This document shows, one piece after another, positions 40,236 to 54,203 of a stretch of DNA of 64,000 bases. The stretch lies in contig NC_043002.1 in the NCBI RefSeq assembly GCF_006345805.1, positions 104,780,001-104,844,000 of the forward strand, given 5' to 3'. Origin of the DNA: Octopus sinensis (Eukaryota). Position 1 is the first letter of the stretch. Each line of letters begins with the position of its first letter. The notes under the pieces were generated by a model that made no database searches, had not been told where the DNA came from, and saw nothing but the letters and a program-made list of their open reading frames with translations. The position numbers and the translations under genes were made by a program.

Positions 40236-40456
40236 TATGTATGTATGTATGTATGTATGTATGTATGTTGTATGTATGTATGTATTATGTATGTATGTAT
40301 GTATGTATGTATGTATGTGTGTGTGTATATATGTACCAATTCTTGAGTCAGATTACAGCTAATCGTTCTTGTACAAATTATGTAGTTTAGCGTCAGGGCC
40401 AAACAAGGACGGCATTTGCCATCAAATTCAATGGCAGTCATACTTATCCCACCATT

Positions 40457-40680
40457 TCGGCAGGTGGCAAAATCGTTAGCACCTAGGGCGAAATGCACAG
40501 CAGTATTTCATCCTTCTTTACGTCCTGAGATCAAATTCCGCCGGGGTCGAGTCACCCATTCATCCTTTTGGGGTCGATAAAATATGTACCACGTGAGTAC
40601 TTGGGTTGATGTAATCGATCAGCCCCGCCTAAAGCTATTCATGCTTTGTGCCTATATTAGAAAGGGCTACTATTATTATT
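40457..40680 (+). mobile_element. SINE family B with (TTA)n-type tail
   Basis: GGCAAAATCGTTAGCAC head, CATCCTTTTGGGGTCGATAAAA core, TTGTGCCTATATTAGAAAGG tail. Confidence 0.8.
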
Positions 40681-40682
40681 AA

Positions 40683-41208
40683 TGACAGTGGGGTAAAATA
40701 TGCGAAGCCCACTATACCCATCATGACTACCCGTCTGATAAGGGTACACCAGGCACATGCACCACAAAGATATGTGCGCGACATATTAATCTCGTATCAA
40801 AATAAACAGCGCATGACCCGGCAGGTGGGACCCAGTTACAATTATCTCAGCACGAGTAGCCGATCCTAATCAAAAGGTCCCTGAGTCAGGGTTGTTTCAG
40901 GATGTTGAACAAAACACCCATGCTTCCAAAGGTGAATTATCCAAACCTCCACGAATTCCTCTCAACACACAGCTGTGGTGCTCCCCCACTATTTCGGCTC
41001 ATGATCAGAGATGCACATGTCGTCAGTCACTAAGGGACACGGTCAACTGGTTACGGTCAAACAACTGGCAAGTAAATCTGTGGTACTGAGCAGAATATTT
41101 GCTGTCACCAATCTTTTATAACAGGACAAATCAATGTACATAATAACTCTTCCAATCAGTTAAGATCAGAAGGCAGGAGAGCCACTGCCTGGTACTGCAT
41201 CAGGGCAT
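40683..41208 (-). mobile_element. Family D non-coding element
   Basis: Homologous to 27630-28110 with the same end (GGTACTGCATCAGGG). Confidence 0.8.
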
Positions 41209-41241
41209 TTATTGTTGTTGTTTTTGTTGTTGCTGTTTTTG

Positions 41242-41273
<32 letters not shown>

Positions 41274-41279
41274 AGTGGT

Positions 41280-41470
41280 GGTGTTAGAGCGTCGAGGAAG
41301 TATAATCGTTTGCATGTCGAGTAAATTGCTTTACGTTCTGAGTTCGCCGAGGTCGACTTTTCCTGTCCTCCTTCGGGGTCGATGAAATAAACTGAATACT
41401 GGGGTCGATGTAATCGACTGTCTCCCTCTCCCAATTTCAGATATTGTGCCTCTAACAGATAGGATTATTA
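41280..41470 (+). mobile_element. SINE family B with (TTA)n-type tail
   Basis: GCCGAGGTCGACTTT...TTCGGGGTCGATGAAATA...GGGGTCGATGTAATCGAC...TTGTGCCTCTAACAGATAGGATTATTA. Confidence 0.75.
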
Positions 41471-41645
41471 TCATTATTATTATTATTATAGTCATTTACT
41501 TTTAATCTGCATGTTTGATGCAATCACTTGCCGGGGCACACCCAGCGCCCTAGGGCAAGTGAAGGTTAAGAGTTGTTGAAATATTATTATTATTATTATT
41601 ATTATTATTATCATTATTAGTGGTAGTAGTAGTAGTAGCAGTAGT

Positions 41646-41703
<58 letters not shown>

Positions 41704-41717
41704 TAGTAGTAGTAGTA

Positions 41718-41760
<43 letters not shown>

Positions 41761-41762
<2 letters not shown>

Positions 41763-43129
41763 TATGTTTGACTTTTGCTTTATGTCTGTACAAGTTGGCT
41801 CCAAGTCTCACCCAGAGACCTCAAGAGACAACAGGTTGGAAGTTCACGTTGTTGTTATGCCTAGTGTGGCATATATTTGGGGGGCGGTATTGTACTAGTG
41901 AATGTCTAATACATAAAAAAAAGTTTGTTTTAAACCTTGGGATTACATAGAGAGTATTTCGCGTAGGATATGAGCAGTTCCCATGGGCACTATCTTTTGA
42001 ATTTCTGCCATTTTGGGGTTTCCTGGTATCTGAGTTACGTAGCAATCAGCCCCTTTCGCTATCATTCCCAGGGCACCTATGACAACAGGTATTGTTTTAG
42101 TCTTCAGCTTCCACATTTTGCTGATTTCTATTTCAAAATCTTTATATTTGCTCAGTTTTTGTTAGGTCTTGACAGATACGTTTATATCGATTGGGACAGT
42201 CATATCAATGAGGAGGCATGTTCTTTGTCTGCAGTCTTTCAATATGATGTCTGGCCTATTTGCATCTATCTTTCTGTCAGTTTGAATGGTGAAGTTCCAG
42301 AGGAGTGAGATGTGGTCATTTTCAAGCACAGGAGGTGGATTGTGTTCCCACCAGTTTTTTTCATGGGGCAAATCCAGGTTTTTGAATATATTGTGCAGCT
42401 CTATCATGCCTGTTGAGGTACTCTGTAGGCGCTAGAAGACTGCATTTGGAGACAACATGATCAATGGTTTCATTTTGTTGTCGGCATACACGACATGTTG
42501 CGCTACTGCCGTTCTTTAATATGTTGGCCTGGTAGTTTCTTGTTGGGAGGCATTGATCTTCATCTGCTATGATAAACCCCCTCTGTTTCAGATTTTAAGC
42601 CAGAGGCCATTAGCCATTGATGGGTCATGGCTTTGTCAATATCTGCATTATTCGCTCTCTTTGGGTATTTGCTATAGAGAGGTTTTTCTTGTCATTTATT
42701 ATTCAGAATATCTAAGGCCGCAGTTTTGGCACGGGTTTTCATGCGCCTAGCTTTTTCTGTGCTTGTTTCTTGTATGTCTATCTCTAATTCCGAAATTGGT
42801 TGTATTCGGAATTCACTTAGATATTCCTTTGCCTGTTTTGTTACTGAGTATTATGCTTTCTTGTTTTCATGTTTTGAGACAAGTTTTAACATCCATTCCT
42901 CAGACTTTTTCAGGTAGGTGTCTAGGCCGATTGTAGCAATCTTCATTGTTATTGCCAGTTGCAAAAGACCACGGCCTCCCTTTTTTCTTGGCAGATAAAG
43001 TCGTTCTGTATCTGCCTTAGGGTGGTGCATTCTATGCATTGTCAACAGTTTTCTTATTTTTCTGTCGAGCTGACATATTTCAATAATTGACCAGTTAACG
43101 ATATTGAAACTGTATGTCACGACTGGTAT
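41761..43129 (-). mobile_element. 5'-truncated R4/Dong-like LINE, second family, in (TAA)n
   Basis: TYSFNIVNW...MHHPKAD...GGRGL, CRVCRQQNETIDHVVSKC and ANRPD...LIDMTVP, with several stops and frameshifts. Confidence 0.92.
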
Positions 43130-43228
43130 TTATTATTATTATCATCATCATTATTATTATTATTATCATCATCATCATCATCATCATCATCATTTTTATT
43201 ATTATTATTATTATTATATTATTATTAT

Positions 43229-43338
43229 TCTATGTTTGACTTTTGCTTTATATTTGTACAAGTCGGCTCCAAGTCTCACCCAGAGACCTCAAGAGACAAC
43301 AGGGTTGGAAGTTCATGTTGTTGTTATGCCTAGTGTGC
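43229..43338 (-). mobile_element. 110-bp 3' end of the same R4/Dong-like family
   Basis: Near-identical to 41761-41868, embedded in (TTA)n. Confidence 0.88.
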
Positions 43339-43339
<1 letters not shown>

Positions 43340-43431
<92 letters not shown>

Positions 43432-43570
43432 CATCATCATCATCATCATCATTCTTATTTTCTTCTTCTTCTTCTTCTTCTTATTATTATTATTATTATT
43501 ATCATCATTATTATTATCATCATCATCATCATTATTATTATTATTATTACTATCATCATTATTATCATCA

Positions 43571-43623
<53 letters not shown>

Positions 43624-43665
43624 ATTATCATTATTATTATTATCATTATCATCATCATCATCATC

Positions 43666-43712
<47 letters not shown>

Positions 43713-43835
43713 TATTATTATTATTAACATCATCATCATCATCATCATTATATTATTATTATTATATTATCATTATTATTATTATTATTATTATGATTAT
43801 TATTATCATGTTTATTATTATAATCATTATTATTA
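43340..43835. repeat. Long compound (TTA)n/(TCA)n microsatellite
   Basis: Directly visible. Confidence 0.97.
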
Positions 43836-44179
43836 TTTCTTGATAAGATTTTATAGGATTGAGATAATTCCTCCAGTAGATATACAGGACCAAAAAAAAA
43901 GAAGAGCGTCATTGTTATCAAGTGAACTACACTTCGGCACGTAGTGTGCCTTCCACAGATTCTAAAAAATATACTTGTCAATCTTTATTTGTTTGCTTCT
44001 GTAGGAGTTACCTTAATCCTATAAAATATTAATAAAATTGAAGTAGATTGACGAGTTTATTTTTTTTAAACTGTGGAAGATGTCGAAATATCATTCACTT
44101 GATAACAATGGCACTCTTCTTTTTTTGCTATTATTATTATTATTATTATTACCATTATAATAATAATAATAATATAATA

Positions 44180-44221
<42 letters not shown>

Positions 44222-44235
44222 TGTATTGTTGTTAT

Positions 44236-44695
44236 TGAGTGAGAGAGTAGTGCATGTCATCAAAGTGACACTGGGGTTAAATATACGAAGCACAGTATAC
44301 CCATCATGACTACCCACCAGATAAGGGTTCACTAGGCACATGCATCACAATCATATGTGCGCGACATGGTGATCTCATGTCAACATAAACAGCGCATGAC
44401 CTTGCAGGTGGGGCCTAGTTAGAATTTTCTTCTGGTCGTGTTATCCATCCCGCTCAAAAGTTCCCTGAATAAGGGTTGTTTAAGGATGTTGAATGAAACA
44501 CCCATGTTTCCAAATGTGAATTATTCAAACCCCAAAGAATCCCAAATCTGTGGTATTGTTAGTTGTTTGACCATACTCAGTTGAGCATGTCCCTTAGTGA
44601 CTTAAGATATGTGAATCTCTGATCACGAGCAGAAGTAGCGGGGGAACATCATAACCATGTGTTGAAAGGAATTCTATGAGGTTTGGATAATTCAC
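44236..44695 (-). mobile_element. Family D element with an internal inverted block
   Basis: 44236-44543 is collinear with other copies; 44555-44695 is the reverse complement of the next segment. Confidence 0.8.
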
Positions 44696-44725
44696 GATTG
44701 ATAACATGGAATAAAACACAACGAT

Positions 44726-46000
44726 GTGAAGAAAAAGACTAGCTTCAAAGCCTATGCCAGAAACATAATTTCGGCAATAAACTCGCACGCGGTCGCAGTA
44801 GTTCGGTATGGCGACGGAATTCTGAAGTGTAGAGAGCAGGAGCTAAAGGAAATGAACAGGAAATCAAGTAACCTCCTACCGATGCATAAAGCACATCATC
44901 CACGTGCAGACACTGATCACCTACACAGGAAGAGAGCAAATGAAGGAAGAGGACTGATAGGGGTAGATGACAGTGTACGTGTCCAACTCGAGAGTTTAAT
45001 GGGTTACTTATCACAAAGTAAGAAAACTTACTATTGTCAGTTCGGAACGATGAAGTAGTGAATGCAGAGAAAAACGGAGAAACGAAGGAAGAAGTACAAA
45101 AAGGACATGAAGAAGAATTACGCAAGAAGAGATTACACAATCAGATCCAGGCGGCGGCTACAACAGAAGTGGATGGAAAAAATAAGCGGGATTAATTGAA
45201 GAAAGGAAACTTTAAAAAGAGACCAAGAGGATTATATTGAGCAGCGTAAGACCAAGCTTTGGCCACGAACTGGGGGTGACCAGCAATTGGAATTAACAAG
45301 TGTCTCCGCTCTGCTGCATCTGTAGTAGAGTGGATGTGGATGGAAGCACGACGGTTACGACGACGAGTGTTCCGGTTGATCCGATCAACGGAACAGCCTG
45401 CTCGTGAAATTGACGTGTAAGTGGCTGAGCACTCCACAGACACGTGTACCCTTAACGTAGTTCTCGGGGATATTCAGCGTGACACAGAGAGTGACAAGGC
45501 CGGCCCTTTGAAATACAGGTACAACAGAAACAGGAAATAAGAGTGAGAGAAAGTTGTGGTGAAAGAGTACAGCAGGGATCACCACCATCCCCTGCCGGAG
45601 CCTCGTGAAGCTTTAGGTGTTTTTGCTCAATAAACACTCACAACGCCCAGTCTGGGAATCGAAACCGTGATCCTACGACCGCGAGTCCGCTGCCCTAACC
45701 ACTGGGCCATTGCGCCTCCACAGAGTGGATGTAACCATTGACCATATCACAAACAAATCTCCTAGACTTGCTGAAAACCGCTATAAGTTACGGCGACATG
45801 ATCAGGTAGCGAAAGTGCTACATTGGAAAGTGTGCGAGAAGTGGGGATTAAAGAGAGGTAAGACGTGGTATGAGTACGAACCGGAGAGAGTGGCGGAGTC
45901 GAAAACTAGCAAAATCCTGTGGGATATCCCAATCCAAAGAGATCAGTTGCTAGAGTATAACAGATCTAGTGGTGGAGGACAAGGTGCACAACATATGCAT
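44726..46000 (+). mobile_element. Degenerate R4/Dong-like LINE fragment interrupted by a SINE
   Basis: ARNIISAINSHAVAVVRYG, AHHPRAD, EGRGL and RHDQVAKVLHWKVC...KILWDIPIQ; the SINE C insertion lies at 45338-45721. Confidence 0.85.
45338..45721 (-). mobile_element. SINE family C, full length, tRNA(Arg)-like head
   Basis: Head GGCGCAATGGCCCAGTGGTTAGGGCAGCGGACTCGCGG...GGTTTCGATTCCC with A and B boxes; 11-bp TSD AGAGTGGATGT at 45327-45337 and 45722-45732. Confidence 0.93.
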
Positions 46001-46652
46001 AAGCTGCTCAAAATACACAACGCACACCATCCTAAGAGCATTAACTACGGGCACTGGTCTGCAAGGAAGTTGGTAGATTATTATTAAACACCGAATACGT
46101 CGTTAGTAGAGCGATATTGGGGTTGAAAAGTTGTGAGGGAAGATGAAAGCATAAGTTTCGTAGCCGGAGATACCGAAACAGGGACAGAAACAATGCGAGA
46201 ATTCAAGAAAAGATGGAAGAACAAGAGAGCAAGCAGATAGAAAGAAAGGAATTATATAACCAACTGATGTAGCAAAACCGAAGTAAAGAACGCTGGCTCT
46301 GGCTGAGGGAGGGGAAACTTGCAACCAGTGGACTAAGTGATAATAGCAGCTATCAGGGGATTTGAGGAGACCAGTTAAGAAGAACCAAGATAATATTCCT
46401 GTTATATGAACTGGAATTTAGCATCTTGATAAAAATAATAATAATAATCCACTACACCATAGGCACAAGTCTTGAAAACTTGAGAGAAGAGATATTTAAT
46501 TACATCGACAAAAGTATTTGAACGCAGAATGTAAAGACTCGGTAGAAATATTGTTGTGCAATTTGTCCTGCGGCCAGACGATTCTGCCAGCTTGGAGCCT
46601 TAATAATAATAACAAAAACAACAACAAAAACAACAACAACAACAACAACAGC

Positions 46653-46690
<38 letters not shown>

Positions 46691-46704
46691 TAATAATAAT
46701 AATA

Positions 46705-46885
46705 TAGGCTGAAAGCCTAAAATTCCGGGGGAGCGGATTAGTCGAATGGTACTTATTTTATCGACCCCGAGAGGATGAAAAGCAAAGTCAATGTCGGCGG
46801 ATTGTGAACTCAGAACGCAAAGACGGACAAATGCCGCTAAGGATTTTGCCCGACGCGCAAACGATTCCGCCATCTTGCCGGCTTC
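46705..46885 (-). mobile_element. SINE family B
   Basis: GGTACTTATTTTATCGACCCCGAGAGGATGAAAAGCAAAGTC...GAACTCAGAACG. Confidence 0.8.
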
Positions 46886-48544
46886 GTTATAACTTCGTAA
46901 TAACATTAACAATGATGATGATGAGAATACCCATGACAATGACAATGACGATTTTGATAATGATGATGATGATGATGATGACGACGACGACGATAACGAT
47001 AGTGATATCAGCAACAAAAGCATTATTAATGATTGTGAGAATATGTACACTTATCGTATCGTTGCGTTCATTTCAAGATTTATGAATATTTGATGCTTGT
47101 TTCACTATCAATTCATTAAACTGGCTAAACCAATTAGTCATGATGTGATGTATGAGTATATGTTTTTATATGACTGCGTTTGCTGTATATAACTTTCACG
47201 GAAAGAATTGTGTCTAATGTACGTATATATATACGTATACATATATGTATGTATATGTGTGTGTATGCATTTGAGTGTGTGCGTGTATTTCGATCAGTAA
47301 AGAATGATTGCTGCATCGACTCCTCCACCCACCGAAGCTCCAGGAGATATACTTCTAATTATGGTTTCTTAATTAGGAATGAAGTTTAGATTCACTTATA
47401 AAGGATGCGAGAATGTTTGGAATACTCGATCGTGTAAGTTTTCTAGCCGTGGGCGAAATCATCTTCAGCTCGTCTTCTGAAAGCGGTATTGTGGTCGGTT
47501 GTCTGCCCTTGGCATCACATGTCTTGTATCTGATTCTACTTGTGGAGTAGTATACTGGAAGGATCTATAGTATCTGTTGAAAGTGTAGAGGGGTGGTAGG
47601 TTTAGTGGTGGGCTGAGTGCAGTGCTGAACCACATCCAGCGATGCTGTATATGTTGTGTAACGTCCATGTATTGGTATATTCGTTGTAGCGGGGAAATAG
47701 GGTTTAATGAGGCGGTCAGCTGGTAGAATCGTCATCGCATCATCGGACAAAATACCTAGCTACATATCTTCTGGCCCCCAGTTCAAAGCCCATCGAGGAC
47801 AACTCGTTCCTTCATTTCTTCGTGATCGATAAATTAAAGTACAATTGATAACTTTGAACCTGGCGCTAAACGGGGTCTCGTTCAGGGAATAAGTTGCAAG
47901 TTCATTCATTTATAGGCTATGACAACCGAGGAAAGGACCTTGTAAGTGCTAAGGTTCAAGCAAAAAATATAGGGGCTTGACAGGAATAATGAAGGCGCAG
48001 GTCGATGAATAAGTCATTGATGGGCTGATTTGGACTCCATTTTTGTGGCGTGTCTGTTTCTGTGGTGCATTGATAGCAAGGATGAATAGACCGGTAGAGA
48101 GGCAAGCGTAACCATGCATAGAGGGTAGTCTCTAGAACGGTGTGTCAGGTGTTGGCGTTTGGTATGTAGTTTGTTTATTAGTTATAGTCGAGTTATTTGT
48201 GGTGCGACGATCGCCGAGATGAAACGTTGTGTTGTATTTTCTAGTGTGTGAGAGATAAAACAAGTCACATGTAAACATATTCACAACAGTCTCCACTCCC
48301 AATAACAGAGCAGATAACAGACCAGATTACATTTGAACGCTACTACAGACATCACGTCGTCAAACAGTTCCGCATGGCCAAAATCGTCTTTTAGTTATCG
48401 CTACATTTCTTTCATTGTAGTTTAATTGTTTTAGTTGTTTAGTGAAGACATGGCTAAGCACACGGCTTCATTGGATATTGCTCTTGCTCTTAAAATATTG
48501 TGTAATACAATGCTACATAGAGCTTTATCGTGCTAATTAAAATA

Positions 48545-48745
48545 TTGGTTCCCAATTGTAGCAAAAGATCAGCAGGTTCGCGGGAAGGGCTAAGGCGTTT
48601 ACATTGACCCCAGTTCTCTACTGGTACTTATTTTATCGACCCCGAAGTAGGAAAGGCAAAGTTGACCTCGGCGGTATTTGAACTGAGGACAAAATGCCGC
48701 TAAAGGTGTTGTCCGGCGTGCTAATTATTCTCCCCGCTTGACGTC
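48545..48745 (-). mobile_element. SINE family B
   Basis: CTGGTACTTATTTTATCGACCCCGAA...AAAGGCAAAGTTGACCTCGGCGG. Confidence 0.8.
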
Positions 48746-49582
48746 TAAGCAAATTACTACAGTAACTATATTTGTCACATCCTTGTCACATAATGCGGTA
48801 GAATAGATTGCTGATCATTTGGCCCGACTAACTACATCACAAGGAGGCTATCTCACAATCGTAATATACTGGTTTCCATTCCATTCAGTGCATCTAAGAC
48901 AAGTGTCTTTTGCCATAGTTTCGAACAGAACGAAAATTTGCAAATGGATATCAGTTAACAGAAAAATCTTTAGATACCTATCCCATGGTCTATAACCGTT
49001 ATTTAAAGGTCTTGTCTTGTCAAATTATGTAACCCGGGTTCCGCTAGTGAGATAAGTTTCACTTTTGCAGTCTTCACCTAATTATTCATTAAATCATCGA
49101 GAAAGTAAATCAATTCATAGAACAACACACATGGTCTAAAAGCGATGGTGCTCCATTTAATGACTTATCACGTTTATCGGTCACAAGATAAGCTATAAAT
49201 TAAAAGTTAATCTATTTAATGCACCACGCACAAAAAAAAAAAACAAAAACAAAAAAAAACCTATTTGGGAATAAATTATGTGGTAATGAAAACACACCAT
49301 TAATACTGTATTGTATGTAAGGGAGACAAATCCCGATATATTTCGGGAGAATTATAAATCATTGTAATCATTAAAAAGTGTAAATAGTCAAAGTCTTTGC
49401 ATCGCAATCGCTTCACATTCAACATGGGTCAACAATAAATTAGGGAGCTTCCGTGTGGACAAAGACGAACGTTAGCTTTTATTTCGACCAATTTCTGTTG
49501 TGATCAAAGCATAACTAGGGACGAATTTCTTCCGTTCTTCATATCTAGCCGTCGTCGTCGTCGTCGTCGTCTATTATTATCC

Positions 49583-49800
49583 TTCAGTAGTCTTATTTTT
49601 AAAACGTGCTTTCACTTCACTACCGAGCGCAGCTCTGTGTGACTTGGGTATGTGCTGTGGTTTGTTGTGATGCTCTTATATTCACTGTATTGAAAGTGTT
49701 TTGTGTAGGATGTGTGCAGTGCCTAGTAGTGCAATTTTCTGTATGTTATATATATTTGTAAGCCCTGGTATTTTTGTTATGTATTTGTCTGAATATTTTT
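49583..49800 (-). mobile_element. 3' end of an R4/Dong-like LINE (same family as 28400-29687)
   Basis: Matches 28400-28617 (CGTGCTTTCACTTCACTACCGAGCGCAGCTCTGTGTG...). Confidence 0.9.
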
Positions 49801-51762
49801 TATCTATATATGGATATATATGGGTGTATGTGTGTGTGTATGTTTGTATGTGTGAGTGTGTATATGTTTGAGTTGTGTGTGTGTATATATTTATGTATAT
49901 ATATATATATGTATGTATTTATGTATTTATATGTATGAACAACCGTATGTCTAAATGAATGTACGCATATGGATGTATATACGCATATACACATACATTC
50001 GCATATTCTCAGACACGTATTTGTTAATGTGTGAAGGCTCTTGATACTGTATCAAATCAAAATTGTTATCTGTGCATCATATAAAATCTAGAAACACGTT
50101 GAAATGTACATATCTAAGTTAATAACCCGCGAGAGTTCCCGACCCCAATTTTGAACTCATTTCGATACAGCCAATCAGAGCTAAACTATCAAAGTAATTT
50201 ATGAGCGCGTAACTAGTGAAGGGTGATAAGACAACCTCACTCGGGTACGGAATGACCATAATTCTTTTCGCTTTTAATAATACTTGGGCATATGTAAACG
50301 TGTTTTTACGTTAGTTCGAATTAACTCTAGGTCTGTTTAAGGAAAATACATTTACCCCTTAGAAGTCTACTTAAAGGGAAACTAAACCAGTAAAATTTCA
50401 CTGTTCATATCTAAACAAATATATTTTTCTATATATTTCAAACGGGAAATTAGCAAAATTGGGCCAAAAAGAAAGGAAGCTATGCTAATTTACATTTTCT
50501 AGTAAATTGTGCAAATTGGCCACACTGATGACGTCTTGGGTGAGCACTCCATTCACGTTGTATATATAATTTCACATTTTCTTAATTTTCTCGAGAGTTA
50601 AACATTTCTGACCCACATAGACGAAGCATGTTGTGTAGAAAGCAATTCCTCAGAACATACACTGAATAACCAATTGAGGATCAGTGTAAAATCTAACTGT
50701 TCTGAACGAGTTAAAAGGGTTCATAAATGTGAAATTTATTGTATTAAGTGAATTTACTAGAAGATTCGCATGGGAATCTGAGGTCGCCAATTTGAATGGC
50801 AACCTTTGTTAACTTAACAAAAAGGTGAAGGTGGGCTCTGACTGGCTGTATCCCATATCAGATAGGTAGTCATGATAGATTTATAGGGCTTCGTGATTTT
50901 GTACCCCAGAGTCACTTTGATGACCTTTGCTGCCCTCTCATTCCATAATTATGATGATGATATGAGCTGTAGTTATAATTGCGATACATATAATGTATAT
51001 TTTTTAAATTAGATAATGCTATCTCACATTCACTTTTCCGAAACAGCAGCTACACTAGCACCAGCAGCACCATTAATGGTAGTAGCAGTAGTGGTAGTGG
51101 TAGTGGCAGCAGCAACAGCAGCAGCAGCAGCAGTACTACCTACAACAACGGAGACGTGTTTAAGAAATAAAGCTTAAGCAAAAAGATGTTTTTTTTAAAA
51201 AGTGTACGATATCACCATCTCAGCAATGATAACGAGAAAAAAAATTTGAACAAATAATACAGCTGCAGCAGCAAGATCAGCAGCAACAACAGCAACAACA
51301 ACAACAACAACAACAAGGAAGAGGAGTAACATTAAAAACAAAACGGAGAAGAAGAACGGAGATGGATTTCATCGGATTAAATATTTAATTCATGGAAATG
51401 TCAATAGATTTACAGGTCCATCGGTGCTTCGTCGTTTCTGCATCGCTCTTTTACTTTCATGCAATTATCTAACACTTTACGTTTTTCTTATCGTTGTTGT
51501 TGTTGTTGTTGTTGTTGTTTGTGCCGCTGTTATTGTTGTTGCTGTTCGTGTAATTCCAGTATATTTTTGTCATTCCTTTCACTCATCGAGTGTTCTTCGG
51601 GTTGAGCTTTCGGGATTCCTCCTCTCTCTCTTTCAGTCTCTGTCTCATTATTTCATTATTACACAGAAACACACACGCACACACACACACACACTCGCAT
51701 GTATGTTTTTAAATAAACGTGTGTGTATGTATGTATATATTTATGTATATATGTATACACAC

Positions 51763-51794
<32 letters not shown>

Positions 51795-51923
51795 ATTTAT
51801 ATATATATATATACCTTTATATATATCTCTTTCCCCCTCTCGCTCTCTCTCTTTCACAATGTAAATATAAATATATATGTATATATATATATGTATATAG
51901 GTATGTGTATATTATATATATAT

Positions 51924-51990
<67 letters not shown>

Positions 51991-52474
51991 GCAGCGTCGT
52001 ATGCTGATAATTACGGAATTTTGGAACATTTTTCCTCAACCGAAACTCCAAAAGAAAATACTAAACAAAATTATACACTAAAATAAAGAAAAAACGAGTA
52101 AAAAATACAAATAAATTTTAAAATGAATGTAAAAAATTAATATAATAAACAGAAAACGAATCATGGGGGAATTTTGTATGGAGGGGATGGCGAGTTTGAG
52201 TTCAATATTATCTGAAAAGTATATTGACATTTAATTAATCTTGTGCACTTACTAACAGCCCAACGATGTTGCACCACGTACACACACGCAAACACGCACG
52301 CACACACATGCACGCGTGCACACAGATACACAGAAGCATAGGCACACGCGTGCACACACTCGCACACACATATGCATTAATGTATGAGAAGACCCTTTTA
52401 GAGAGAAAGGTAAATTTATGTGTATGCTTGTATATGAGTGCATGTATGTATGTATGTATGTATGTGTGTGTATG

Positions 52475-52512
<38 letters not shown>

Positions 52513-53065
52513 ACTTTACGTTGTTATATATAAATATATACATAAATATATATACACTATTTTATCCCGCAACTTATATACACTATACACCATTTTATCT
52601 GTGCAATGGCCACTTTGACTCGCAGGGTTCGCATGTGCAAGTGGAGATATTTAGAATTGAAACTCCGTCCGCAAATGGTGCTTTGCCTCGTGAGTTTCCA
52701 GGGGACTATTGTCTCCTGGTCTGCTAGAAATAGTAGCAAATTTCCGGCAGCCAGCTATGAGTTAACTAGTATATGTACCACCTGCTTCGTCTGCACTGAT
52801 GATCGGCGATGACGTGATCAGCAAATCTTTTGCGACAATCGACAGTCGATGGAAAGATTAATTAGTAAGGGGTCTCAGTATCTCAAAGTGTGGATGCATA
52901 TGACTGTTGACCATAAGTGAACTTGTATTCTCACTGAATCTCCGGACAGGAACCCTGCGAATGGACAGCGAATGACGTCTCCGGTTACGTCTACGGCATC
53001 CGTACAATCCGATGCACTCGCTTCCCCAGCGAGACATAAAGCGGTCAGTTAAATTTCAACTCGAA

Positions 53066-53285
53066 CGGTAGGGTGCCAGAATCGTTAGCATGGTGGCCAA
53101 AATGCTTAGCGGGAATCCGATAGTCTTCATACTCTATGTTCTTATTCCACCGAGATGGACTTAGCCTTTTATCCTTTCGGGGTAGATGAAAATAACTAGT
53201 CGTTGAGCAGTGGGGTTGATGTCCCTGGCTTACCCCTTCCCTCAACTCGCTCGACTTGTGCCAAAATCTCGAACCGATATTATTC
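53066..53285 (+). mobile_element. SINE family B, diverged
   Basis: CAGAATCGTTAGCA head, GCCTTTTATCCTTTCGGGGTAGAT core, CTTGTGCCAAAA tail. Confidence 0.75.
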
Positions 53286-53955
53286 TTTTAATTATGAATC
53301 TCGTTTGGATTATTGTTGATAATTAAGGGTTTCTAATTGAAGCATAAGAACTGCAATTTTCACTGACGAATGTTTGTCGAATGAATCGGGAAAAGTACTA
53401 AAATGGAAGATTATTTTAACGGATCTGGTTTGCAGAAAGGAGAAACTAGCCTCGGATAGATTTCAACACGGAATGTAAAGAAGCGGAATGTACACAAAAA
53501 TACAATTCAACGTTTCCGCTAATAAATATTTTATGAGATATACTAACAATTTGTTATATTTTATCATATTAGAGTTTCTTATTGTTTCTATTAGAGACAG
53601 GACTTAATTTTAATAAAAGCAACGTTAATAAGATTAGTACTACAGCAGCTACGACGACTATTATTTCAATGTGTATTATTAATTTTATTGCTGTTATTAT
53701 TATTGTTGTTGTTGTTGTTGCTGCTATTGTTATTGTTTTTATACTTATGAGAATTATTGGTGTGAATAGTCGTCTTAGAGACGATGGATTTATTTATGTT
53801 ATTAATCAGTTATATTTAATCCGGCGCTAATGCAGGAAGAACGTTGCTTATCTCGGAAACAGCAGCGGGAATAGGTATGCACAGACGCACACACATACCA
53901 AATCACAATCACCTACAAACACAACTCCCCCATCTACATATACATACATAATATA

Positions 53956-54039
<84 letters not shown>

Positions 54040-54151
54040 TGTATGCAGGTACATAACTGTGAAATAGGTGGAAGACATAGTAGTACTCGAATACCGGAGG
54101 TAGAGTTATATCTGTATGCGTGTGGGTGTGCGTGAACGATTGTGTGTATGT

Positions 54152-54203
<52 letters not shown>

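Noticed and set aside
45645-45721. tRNA-Arg-like sequence as a tRNA gene
   Set aside because: The acceptor and anticodon stems do not form properly and it is the head of a TSD-flanked SINE. The same applies to SINE A and B heads.
47465-48165. Possible old LINE 3' remnants on the minus strand
   Set aside because: Too degenerate to assign by eye; no diagnostic motif is intact.
51040-51560. CAG/CAA-rich stretch suggesting a polyQ exon or a gene 5' region
   Set aside because: No sustained open frame or convincing splice pair; compatible with simple repeats.
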